From Candidatus Omnitrophota bacterium (GTDB lineage Bacteria; Omnitrophota; Gorgyraeia; Zapsychrales; Fredricksoniimonadaceae), in assembly GCA_037131245.1 (NCBI GenBank), contig JBAXRK010000013.1, positions 1 through 57,998 of the forward strand: a stretch of 57,998 bases of DNA, written 5' to 3'. Below are positions 1 to 7,547 of this stretch, one piece after another. Position numbers and translations under genes: made by a program. The stretch's first letter is position 1; the number at the start of each line of letters is the position of its first letter. A model generated the notes under the pieces. That model worked only from the letters and a program-made list of their open reading frames with translations, was not told the DNA's origin and did no database searches.

Positions 1-5
1 ACGAA

Positions 6-206
6 TTAGAGCTTAACGACGTTCTTCGCCTGTTCGCCCTTCGGACCTGTGGTGATCTCAAACTCCACCGCCTGGCCTTCGCTTAAAGATTTGTAGCCCT
101 CACCCACGATCGCACTGTGATGCACGAAAACGTCCTTTCCGGACTCCGGGGTAATAAAGCCAAAACCTTTCTTGTCATCAAACCACTTAACTTTGCCACT
201 TGCCAT
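6..206 (-). CDS. cspA: Cold-shock protein, CspA family (66 aa)
   Basis: [33 protein letters not shown] carries the RNP1 (KGFGFI) and RNP2 (VFVHH) motifs. The ATG at 206 is preceded by AGGAGG about 9 nt upstream, so the 17 extra N-terminal residues of track ORF 6..257 are dropped. Confidence 0.9.
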   Translation of the reverse strand: MASGKVKWFDDKKGFGFITPESGKDVFVHHSAIVGEGYKSLSEGQAVEFEITTGPKGEQAKNVVKL

Positions 207-255
207 ATTGTTGTTCCTCCTTTCGAACAAATTTGAGTATAAGTACGGCTGAGCC

Positions 256-297
256 AAATAAAAAAACCGCAGGGCACACTACCTTTTCCCCTACGGT
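256..297 (-). terminator. Intrinsic-terminator-like hairpin plus U-tract between uup and cspA
   Basis: Minus-strand RNA reads ACCGUAGGG-N14-CCCUGCGGU. The arms are the complement of 289-297 and 266-274, giving 9 bp including one G-U. UUUUUUUAUUU (complement of 256-266) follows. Confidence 0.6.
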
Positions 298-331
298 CCA
301 AGATCACTTGTGCTCACTTAACTCGTGTTAA

Positions 332-359
332 AGTATAACCTATCTTTTCGTGATGTCAA
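332..359 (-). promoter_or_regulatory. Sigma70-like promoter TTGACA-N16-TATACT reading toward cspA
   Basis: The -35 TTGACA is the complement of 354-359 and the -10 TATACT is the complement of 332-337, with a 16-nt spacer. It implies a ~120-nt cspA leader that includes the hairpin at 256-297. Confidence 0.45.
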
Positions 360-366
360 CTAAATA

Positions 367-2271
367 TTATGCCGCGGGCGCGTTCTTCTTGGCTTCCAGC
401 TCTTCCCAACGACGATACATCTCAACAATACCGAAGGCCAGTTGCTCGGAACGGGCCTTGGCCTGCGCGATCTCTTCCGGGTCTTTCTTGTAGAAATCAG
501 GATCAGCCAAAGTGGCGCACAGCTTGCTCTGCTCGTACTCCATCTCCTCGATCTTCGATGAGAAGCTTTCGAGCTCGCGCATTTCCTTGAACGACAGTTT
601 GTTCGCCGTCGATGGCTTAGCTGCCACCGGGCTTTTCTTTAGAGGGCCGTCTTCCGGGGCAATGGGCTTAATGCCGTTCGCCTTCTGCTGCACCCAGTCG
701 TCATATCCGCCGGGATACTCATTGATCTCGCCGTTATTCTCAAAGACCAAAGTGGAGGTGACCACATTGTTGAGGAACGACCGGTCATGGCTGACAAGGA
801 TCAGCGTGCCGGTATATTCCACCAGTAGTTCTTCGAGCAGCTCGAGCGTTTCCATGTCCAGGTCATTGGTCGGCTCGTCCATCACCAGCACATTGGCCGG
901 CTTGGTGAACAGGATCGCGAGAAACAAACGGTTGCGCTCGCCGCCGGAAAGAACCCTCACCGGCGTGCGGGCGCGGTCGGGCGTAAAAAGAAAATCCTGC
1001 AAATACCCGATAACATGCCGCGGCTTGCCGTTGATCATCACGCTGTCGGCTTCACCGGCAATATTCTCGATGACCGTTTTATTTTCGTCCAACCCCGCGC
1101 GCAGCTGGTCGTAATAAGCTACTTGTAATTCCGTGCCGAACCGGATGCTCCCCTTGGACGGCGGCACCTTATCAAGCAGGATCCGCAGGAAAGTACTTTT
1201 GCCGCAACCATTGGGCCCGATGACCCCGATCTTGTCGCCGCGCATGATGTTCCCCGAGAAATCCTTGATCAAACATTTATCGCCGTAAGAGAACCCGATA
1301 CGGGAAGCCTTGACGATGAGATGCCCCGACTGCTCCGTCTCCTGCGCTTTCATCCGCACGGAACCATCACGCTGACGCAGCCGCTTCTTCGCTTCGCGCA
1401 TTTCTTCCAGCGCTTTCACCCGGCCTTCATTGCGGCAGCGGCGCGCCTTGACGCCCTGGCGCACCCATATCTCCTCCTCGGCCAACCTCTTGCCGAATTT
1501 GGAAACGCGGGCTTCTTCGATCGTGTCGTTAAGCGCGCTGCGCTCCAGATATTCGCGGTACCCGCACGCCCAGCTTAGCAGCCGGCCACGATCGATCTCG
1601 AGGATACGCGTCGTTAAATGCTCCATGAACTGCCGGTCGTGCGTAATAAAGAAAACCGTGCCAGGATATTCTTTCAGAAAACCTTCCAGCCAAATAATCG
1701 AATCAATATCCAAGTGATTGGTAGGCTCATCAAGTAGCAGGACCTGGGGCTTGCGGACCAAGGCGCGGGCCAGCAAGGCCCGGCGCTTCTGCCCGCCGGA
1801 CAAGCTGGCGAACTCATCGTCGCCATTAAGTTTCAGCTTCGCCACTACCTCTTCGGCCTGATGGTCGAGCTCCCAGCCATTGGTGCGGTCCAGTTCAGCC
1901 TGAAGAACATCAAGCTTGCGCAGGACTTCTTTGGAATGATCGGTATGAAGCAAATGGGTGACATGATGATAATCCCGCAACAGCTTGGCGCGCTCACCCA
2001 GGCCGGATAAGGCCACTTCAAAAACCGTGCCCTCAACATCCTGAGGGACATCCTGCGGCAGGTACGCCACCTCAAGGCCCTTTTGAAAAGAAACAACACC
2101 ATCATCAGGCGTCGTTTCGCCGGCCAGCAGGCGCATCATGGTGGTCTTGCCCGCGCCATTACGGCCCAGGAGCGCGACCCGCTCATTAGCTTCGAGCTGC
2201 AAGCAGACGCCATCGAGCACGCGCGGCCCGCCAAAAGCGACAACAACATCTTGTAAACTGATCAAAGCCAT
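367..2271 (-). CDS. uup: ABC-F family ATPase (Uup-like, 634 aa)
   Basis: Two ABC cassettes are present (GRNGAGKTT...LSGGQKRRALLA...LLLDEPTNHLD and GPNGCGKST...LSGGERNRLFLA...LVMDEPTNDLD). There are no TM segments, and the C-terminal tail is coiled-coil. Size matches E. coli Uup. Confidence 0.85.
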   Translation of the reverse strand: MALISLQDVVVAFGGPRVLDGVCLQLEANERVALLGRNGAGKTTMMRLLAGETTPDDGVVSFQKGLEVAYLPQDVPQDVEGTVFEVALSGLGERAKLLRDYHHVTHLLHTDHSKEVLRKLDVLQAELDRTNGWELDHQAEEVVAKLKLNGDDEFASLSGGQKRRALLARALVRKPQVLLLDEPTNHLDIDSIIWLEGFLKEYPGTVFFITHDRQFMEHLTTRILEIDRGRLLSWACGYREYLERSALNDTIEEARVSKFGKRLAEEEIWVRQGVKARRCRNEGRVKALEEMREAKKRLRQRDGSVRMKAQETEQSGHLIVKASRIGFSYGDKCLIKDFSGNIMRGDKIGVIGPNGCGKSTFLRILLDKVPPSKGSIRFGTELQVAYYDQLRAGLDENKTVIENIAGEADSVMINGKPRHVIGYLQDFLFTPDRARTPVRVLSGGERNRLFLAILFTKPANVLVMDEPTNDLDMETLELLEELLVEYTGTLILVSHDRSFLNNVVTSTLVFENNGEINEYPGGYDDWVQQKANGIKPIAPEDGPLKKSPVAAKPSTANKLSFKEMRELESFSSKIEEMEYEQSKLCATLADPDFYKKDPEEIAQAKARSEQLAFGIVEMYRRWEELEAKKNAPAA

Positions 2272-2286
2272 AGTGAGCTGACGACG

Positions 2287-2514
2287 TTAATAATTAAAGA
2301 GGTCTTTCAGGGCGAAGTTGCGCTCGGGCTTGAGCGCGCGAAGGGCTTCAAGGACCTTCTTCTGCATGTGCGGCGTAAGGGACCGGCCCTTGCGGGCTTT
2401 CTGCACGGCTTTGAAACTTAACTGTTTTGTGGAAGCGCCCACCAGGTCGGCATTCGACAGCGCCAATTCCGTCAGCAACGCGTCGAGCGGCTGAACACCA
2501 TACTCAATCGCCAC
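2287..2514 (-). CDS. Hypothetical small protein (75 aa, GTG start)
   Basis: The ORF overlaps the rho stop by 11 nt and is co-directional. I recognise no family, and the only start option is GTG at 2514. Confidence 0.35.
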   Translation of the reverse strand: MAIEYGVQPLDALLTELALSNADLVGASTKQLSFKAVQKARKGRSLTPHMQKKVLEALRALKPERNFALKDLFNY

Positions 2515-3532
2515 TGATGACCTCGCCCACCGCGGCCAGGAACTCTTTGTTCGTCGGATATTTATTGAGCTGTTTGATCAGCGCGCTGCCGGCTTCGACC
2601 GCCTTGTAATTTAAAAGCGCCCGGCGCAGCATTTCAACCTTCTTAAGCTCATCGGCAGGCATCAGCAGTTCCATCTTACGGGTGGCGCTCTTCGGGATAT
2701 CGATCGCCGGATAAATACGCCGGCTGGCTAGCTCGCGCGACAAAACCACTTCCATATTGCCTGTACCCTTGAATTCTTCAAAAATAACGTCGTCCATGCG
2801 GCTGCCGGTCTCGACTAAGATCGTCGCCAGGATGGTGAGCGACCCGCCGTTCTCGATCTTACGCGCGGCGCCGAAAATGCGGCGCGGCACTTCAATAGCA
2901 CGGGAATCAAGCCCGCCGGAGATCGTGCGCCCGCTTGAGCGGATCTCGGCGTTATGCACGCGCGACAGGCGTGTTAAAGAATCGATCATCACCATCACGT
3001 TCTTGCCGGCACCGGCCTCGCGCATGGCTTCATGCATGAGATCGTCGGCCACTTTCACGTGATGCTCGTAATCCTGATCGGAAGACGACGCCCGCACATC
3101 GGCCGTCACGCTACGTTTAAAATCGGTAACCTCTTCGGGGCGTTCATCGACCAGAAGACAATATAACTTTACCTCGGGATACGCCTTACCTACCGCCTGA
3201 CAGATATGCTTGAGAATGGTCGTTTTACCGGAACCGGGCTGCGCCACAATAAGCCCGCGCTGGCCCATGCCGATGGGGCAAATAAGGTCGATAGCGCGCA
3301 TGGTGTGCTCGCTGCTGCCGTTCTCCAGATAAATACGGGGCGACGGATCGACCGGAATGCCGGCGTAGAACGCGGCTTCGGCCGGATCGCTGCCACGTCC
3401 GCCAAAGGGCCGCATCGCGGGCCTTTGCCCCTGGGGCTGCTGCGGCCGGCTGGGCCGGTGTTCACTGCGTTGTTGGGCTGTTTTCTGGCGGGACCTGCCA
3501 CCGTGGTTCTTGGGATGGTACAAATTGCTCAT
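2504..3532 (-). CDS. rho: Transcription termination factor Rho, short form lacking the canonical N-terminal RNA-binding domain (342 aa)
   Basis: The Rho ATPase core is recognisable: DLICPIGMGQRGLIVAQPGSGKTT (Walker A), LLVDERPEEV, FGAARKIENGGSLTILATILVETGSRMDDVIFEEFKGTGNMEVVLSR and IYPAIDIPKSATRK. The first ~60 aa are R/G/P/Q-rich low complexity. Confidence 0.85.
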   Translation of the reverse strand: MSNLYHPKNHGGRSRQKTAQQRSEHRPSRPQQPQGQRPAMRPFGGRGSDPAEAAFYAGIPVDPSPRIYLENGSSEHTMRAIDLICPIGMGQRGLIVAQPGSGKTTILKHICQAVGKAYPEVKLYCLLVDERPEEVTDFKRSVTADVRASSSDQDYEHHVKVADDLMHEAMREAGAGKNVMVMIDSLTRLSRVHNAEIRSSGRTISGGLDSRAIEVPRRIFGAARKIENGGSLTILATILVETGSRMDDVIFEEFKGTGNMEVVLSRELASRRIYPAIDIPKSATRKMELLMPADELKKVEMLRRALLNYKAVEAGSALIKQLNKYPTNKEFLAAVGEVISGD

Positions 3533-3858
3533 TTTTTCTCTGTCATGATCTTTACGGTTATGGAAAGGCCGTTACCCCACGGCCAAAGGAAGGCAAATTC
3601 GCCGCCACTTGTTCCCTGGCGGAAATACATCGTTTGATTGGCCTGAACGCCGCCATAAGGGCGGGTTTGGGCAGAAATGTCGGCGGTTGGCGCAACGCCC
3701 TTGGGCTTAAGCGGCTCGCCGAAATACGAACAGAGCAAGGCCTCGGCCGGCGTTAACGCATCCTTAGCGACCACGATCTCGCAATAATGGTCAAGCTGCG
3801 CGCGCGACTCCACACAATTTAGTTTCTTTGCTTTACCCAGCAATTCCTGGAAGGTCAT
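3529..3858 (-). CDS. Hypothetical protein translationally coupled to rho (109 aa from ATG 3858; 131 aa if TTG 3924 is used)
   Basis: Its stop codon overlaps the rho ATG (ATGA at 3529-3532). The sequence MTFQELLGKAKKLN...FAFLWPWGNGLSITVKI matches no family I recognise. The start is uncertain. Confidence 0.5.
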   Translation of the reverse strand: MTFQELLGKAKKLNCVESRAQLDHYCEIVVAKDALTPAEALLCSYFGEPLKPKGVAPTADISAQTRPYGGVQANQTMYFRQGTSGGEFAFLWPWGNGLSITVKIMTEKK

Positions 3859-3992
3859 CAAACTGCTTTCGTTGAATTGAATTTTGGGGGAGGACCCAGC
3901 TCCCTGGATGAGGGAACTCTTCAATGGTCAACAGCATAACACATGAATTCAATATTTGCCAAGAAAAGAAAACCTCCGCTAAAACCCGGCCC

Positions 3993-4337
3993 TTAATCAA
4001 GAGCTAGGCTGACCCGGACGGCTTCATCAACTTTATCCATCAAGACGGAAGGAATCGTACCAACCCGCCGATCCAGGCGGCTTTTATCGATCGTCCTGAT
4101 CTGTGAAAGAAGGACCGTAGAATCCTGTTTTAAGCCTGCCACCCCTTTGAGCACCGCCACATTCGTAGGATATTGCTTAAGGAAAACCTTCGTTGTCAGC
4201 GGTGCAACGATCGTCGTGGCGGAATATTCATTGCCCACATCATTCTGAATAACCAAGACCGGGCGATGCCCCCGCTGCTCGCTTCCACGGGCCGGATCAA
4301 GGTCGGCAGCATAGATCTCGCCCCGTTTAATCGGCAT
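3993..4337 (-). CDS. mazF: Type II toxin, MazF/PemK (EndoA-like) endoribonuclease
   Basis: IKRGEIYAADLDPARGSEQRGHRPVLVIQND...LLSQIRTIDKSRL closely resembles B. subtilis EndoA/MazF. The ATG at 4337 overlaps the antitoxin stop by 11 nt. Confidence 0.9.
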   Translation of the reverse strand: MPIKRGEIYAADLDPARGSEQRGHRPVLVIQNDVGNEYSATTIVAPLTTKVFLKQYPTNVAVLKGVAGLKQDSTVLLSQIRTIDKSRLDRRVGTIPSVLMDKVDEAVRVSLALD

Positions 4338-4572
4338 GCCCGGACGCTTCCGTATCGGAGAATTCAAAGTCTTTCATCAAGTGTTGAGCTTCCCCGTTCA
4401 TCTGGGCATATCCTTCTTTTAAAAGGATTTCACGCTCGCAGCGCTCTTTCTCGTCAATATAAAAATCCACCGCGCGCTGGATGATCGTGCTTCTCCCCAG
4501 CTTTTCACGATGGGACGCCGCATCCAGGCGGGCTTTCATTTCTTCGGGGATCGTGATATTGATATGGACCAT
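4327..4572 (-). CDS. mazE: Type II antitoxin, ribbon-helix-helix (MazE/EndoAI-like)
   Basis: The N-terminal RHH pattern is INITIPEEMKARLDAASHREKLGRSTIIQRAVDFYI and the C-terminus is acidic. It sits immediately upstream of mazF and overlaps it. Confidence 0.8.
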   Translation of the reverse strand: MVHINITIPEEMKARLDAASHREKLGRSTIIQRAVDFYIDEKERCEREILLKEGYAQMNGEAQHLMKDFEFSDTEASGHAD

Positions 4573-4598
4573 AAGTATCTCCTATTAGTATCCATCAA

Positions 4599-4610
4599 TA
4601 GTATATACTA
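4599..4610. promoter_or_regulatory. Perfect 12-nt palindrome TAGTATATACTA upstream of mazE (candidate autoregulatory operator)
   Basis: The palindrome was read directly at 4599-4610, 27 nt upstream of the mazE ATG. An extra TAGTAT half-site lies at 4586-4591. Confidence 0.5.
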
Positions 4611-4636
4611 CGGATGCGCTTTATTCCAGGAAAAAA

Positions 4637-5672
4637 TCAGAGGCGGGGTTCTTTTTCACCATGATACTGATAATAATTCACTTCTACCGTGCCGTTGAAC
4701 AGCTTGCGGACGCGCTCCGGCGCGGCGAGCTTGAAGAAATCCGGAAAACGCTTATCGGCGGTCAGCACGAACAACGACCAGCCCGTTTTCTTCTTGAAGG
4801 TGTTATGAATAGAAACATAGATCGGGGTGAGCTCTTTCTGGCTGCCAAGCTTGACGCCATACGGCGGATTGGTGATAACAACGCCGTATGGCTTATCGAT
4901 CCATAGCTCCTTGATGTCCTTGACCGAAAACTGAATATCGCCGGCAACTCCGGCATGCTTGGCATTGACCAGGCAATCCTTGATACGCTCGGGATCAATA
5001 TCATAACCAAAGATCTTAAGCTCCCCTTCGCGATCGCCGGCCAAAGCTCGGAAGCGAATTCCCGGTTGAGGCCGGGCGCGATATGGCGCGCGATCATCGC
5101 CGCTTCGATCAGAATGGTACCGGAGCCGCACATCGGGTCAACCAGCAGGCGATCCTTGTTCCAGAAACTTAAAAGGACCAGCGCCGCCGCGAGATTCTCC
5201 CTTAAGGGAACTTCCCCCTTCTCCGTGCGGTATCCACGACGATGCAGGCCATAACCGGAAGTATCAAGCGTCAGCTGGGCCACATCTTTAAGTAAAGCAA
5301 TGGAAATGGTGTACTCAGACCCCGTCTCAGGCAGAGCCTCTGTAAGAAACTTTTCCTTGAGCCGCTCGACCACGGCTTTCTTGACAATGGATTGGCACGA
5401 ACGCACGCTCATGAGCTGGGAACGCACGCATTTGCCGATAACCTCGATCTTCGCGTCAAAGGTCAGCCACGCCTCCCAGGGACGTCGCGGGCGCGGTCGG
5501 CCGCTCTCAGGCCAATATTCAGCCGGGGTATATCCTTCATCTCAGCGTCAAACTCGATCTTGCCGTCAGCAACAACAAAATCCTTGAAGCCAAAGTCCAT
5601 CAGCTCACGCTTGATGACCGCTTCCAGACCGAACGTTGACAGAACGATAAGGCGGACTTTGTCACTACTCAT
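4637..5672 (-). pseudogene. Decayed THUMP-domain class I SAM-dependent RNA methyltransferase (YpsC/RlmL-like), split over three frames
   Basis: Three co-linear ORF pieces cover the gene: 5463..5672 (N-terminus ...[11 protein letters not shown]), 4762..5427 (PWEAW...[11 protein letters not shown]...[26 protein letters not shown]) and 4637..5131 ([13 protein letters not shown]...VVITNPPYG...YQYHG). At both junctions about 15-25 residues expected from homologues are missing and the frame shifts. Confidence 0.75.
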
Positions 5673-6250
5673 GGGGCCGTAACACCGGAAGGTAAAATGG
5701 CCTCCAACGCCTCAACAAGCTCATTAGCCAATGGATCGACACGCGAACCGAAACGCGCCACCACATCACCATTGCCGTTCACCAGAAACTTGTTGAAATT
5801 CCAGGCGATCTCGCCTTGGAAAGGCGACTGTTCGGTCAAATAACGGTACAAGTCGCTGATCCCTTTGCCCTTGACCACGCTTTTGGCGTAAAGCGGGAAG
5901 GTGGTTTTGTATTTCAGTGAGCAGAAACTTTTGATCTCGGCATCGCTGCCCGGCTCCTGGCCCAGGAACTCATTGGCCGGGAAGGCCAGCACTTCAAATC
6001 CGCGCGCGCGGTACTTTTCATACAACGCTTCAAGGGGCGCGTACTGCGGCGTGAAGCCGCAGCGCGACGCCGTATTGACGATGAGTAGAACCTTGCCTTT
6101 ATAATCCGACAAGCTCTTCAGGTCACCGTCAATGGTCTTCATAGAAAACGAATGGACATTCATGGTCTTGCCTCCTTGAGCACGGGCCGCGCCAGTCGGC
6201 ATCAGAACAACCGCGCCAATTAATAAACAAATCATCAAGGCTCTTATCAT
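5669..6250 (-). CDS. gpx: Glutathione peroxidase family protein with signal peptide
   Basis: Motifs are NTASRCGFTPQY, LAFPANEFLGQEPG and IAWNFNKFLV. The N-terminal signal-like segment is MIRALMICLLIGAVVLMPTGAARA, and GAGGAGG precedes the ATG. Confidence 0.85.
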   Translation of the reverse strand: MIRALMICLLIGAVVLMPTGAARAQGGKTMNVHSFSMKTIDGDLKSLSDYKGKVLLIVNTASRCGFTPQYAPLEALYEKYRARGFEVLAFPANEFLGQEPGSDAEIKSFCSLKYKTTFPLYAKSVVKGKGISDLYRYLTEQSPFQGEIAWNFNKFLVNGNGDVVARFGSRVDPLANELVEALEAILPSGVTAP

Positions 6251-6298
6251 AGGGGCCTCCTCTTATTGGTAGGCTTAATACCAGCCGACCTTACACGC

Positions 6299-7540
6299 TC
6301 ACCACTGCTCTTTAGGCACATTGAAATACCCATGCCGTATCCCCGGGAAAAGACGACGCGCGCCATCGATCACCGCGCGCATCCCAAGCAGCGGTTCGGC
6401 AGGATCGACCCGCATCTGCCGAAAATACAACTGCGGATCATAATTTAAATTGCGCCACTGGATCATATTAACCCTGGTGCGGCGCAGCAGGCTGGTAAAT
6501 GCCTTGAACTCGTCCTGCCGGTCGGTGAACCCGGGCATGGACAGGTAATTAAGTGAAACGAATTTCCTGTGCTTCTTCGCTACCAGGATCGACGCCGCAA
6601 CATCCGAGAACCCGTAACCGCGTGGCGAATAATAGCGCTGGTAATATTCCGGGCGGGCGCTGTTAAGGCTCACCCGGACACTGTCCAGGCCGGCCCGGCA
6701 CAACACGTCGATATCGGCCGTCCGGCCGGCATTGGTGTTCATATGGATCGTGCCGCGCGATGTTTCCCGGCGGATACGCTCGATAGCTTCCCGGATGACC
6801 CCGGCCGCCATCAACGGCTCGCCCTCGCAACCCTGGCCGAAACTGACCATGGCATTTTTCGCCGCCCTGATATGCAACAAGGCGACCTCCGCGATCTCCT
6901 GGGGCGTCGGAATAAAATTCAGGCGCGGCTGCGTGGCCGCGCAGCCCCCTTTACCCTGGAGAGAAATACAACCCAGGCAGCTGGCATTGCATGCCGGCGA
7001 GACCGGCAGGGGCGCCTCGAACTTCCCGAAAAAGAAATTGATCGCGTTGGGGCACGTATTGACCGTGGCGCAATTGGCAAGGTGCAAGATCATCCGGTTG
7101 GACGTTTTAGCGAACAGCCGCAACCGGCGGGCCAGCTCTTTTCTGTCCAGCCCGGTGATGTCGTGTTTCGGGCGGCTGTCGACCCTGACCGCCGGCACAT
7201 ACAACCCGCCCTTATAAAACGCCACCGGCGTATAAGCAAAGAGCGGCAGGGTCCCGGCGCCTTCTAGTTCCTCATAGGCTGTGCTGAAGAGCTGCGTGTA
7301 ACCCGGCGGAAGAAAAGCGGCCACAGGCAAGGATCCATCAAGCGCCTCAACCGCTAGGCCGGCAACAACAAGCCCGAGCGGACGCCGTTCAGGTAAAAAG
7401 AACAGATCACTGCCCGAAGGTAGCGGTATCAGGTCCCGCGGCAGCAAAGGAAAAACCTTTAGCCCCGCCTGGCCGCAAGCCCGGTAATAAGGCAAATCGA
7501 TGATCTGACGATCTTTATCAGCAATACATAGGGCGGGCAA
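6299..7540 (-). CDS. Radical SAM protein with ~180-aa N-terminal domain of unknown function
   Basis: It carries the CxxxCxxC motif (VSPACNASCLGC) and a glycine-rich GQGCEGEPL segment. The part of track ORF 6299..7933 upstream of 7548 overlaps the histidine kinase and is discounted. There is no in-frame ATG near the 5' end, so TTG at 7540 is my best guess for the start. Confidence 0.6.
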   Translation of the reverse strand: MPALCIADKDRQIIDLPYYRACGQAGLKVFPLLPRDLIPLPSGSDLFFLPERRPLGLVVAGLAVEALDGSLPVAAFLPPGYTQLFSTAYEELEGAGTLPLFAYTPVAFYKGGLYVPAVRVDSRPKHDITGLDRKELARRLRLFAKTSNRMILHLANCATVNTCPNAINFFFGKFEAPLPVSPACNASCLGCISLQGKGGCAATQPRLNFIPTPQEIAEVALLHIRAAKNAMVSFGQGCEGEPLMAAGVIREAIERIRRETSRGTIHMNTNAGRTADIDVLCRAGLDSVRVSLNSARPEYYQRYYSPRGYGFSDVAASILVAKKHRKFVSLNYLSMPGFTDRQDEFKAFTSLLRRTRVNMIQWRNLNYDPQLYFRQMRVDPAEPLLGMRAVIDGARRLFPGIRHGYFNVPKEQW

Positions 7541-7547
7541 CGGTATC

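Noticed and set aside
5669-6250. Possible selenocysteine in the glutathione peroxidase
   Set aside because: The active-site position is an ordinary Cys codon within ASRCGFT. There is no in-frame TGA.
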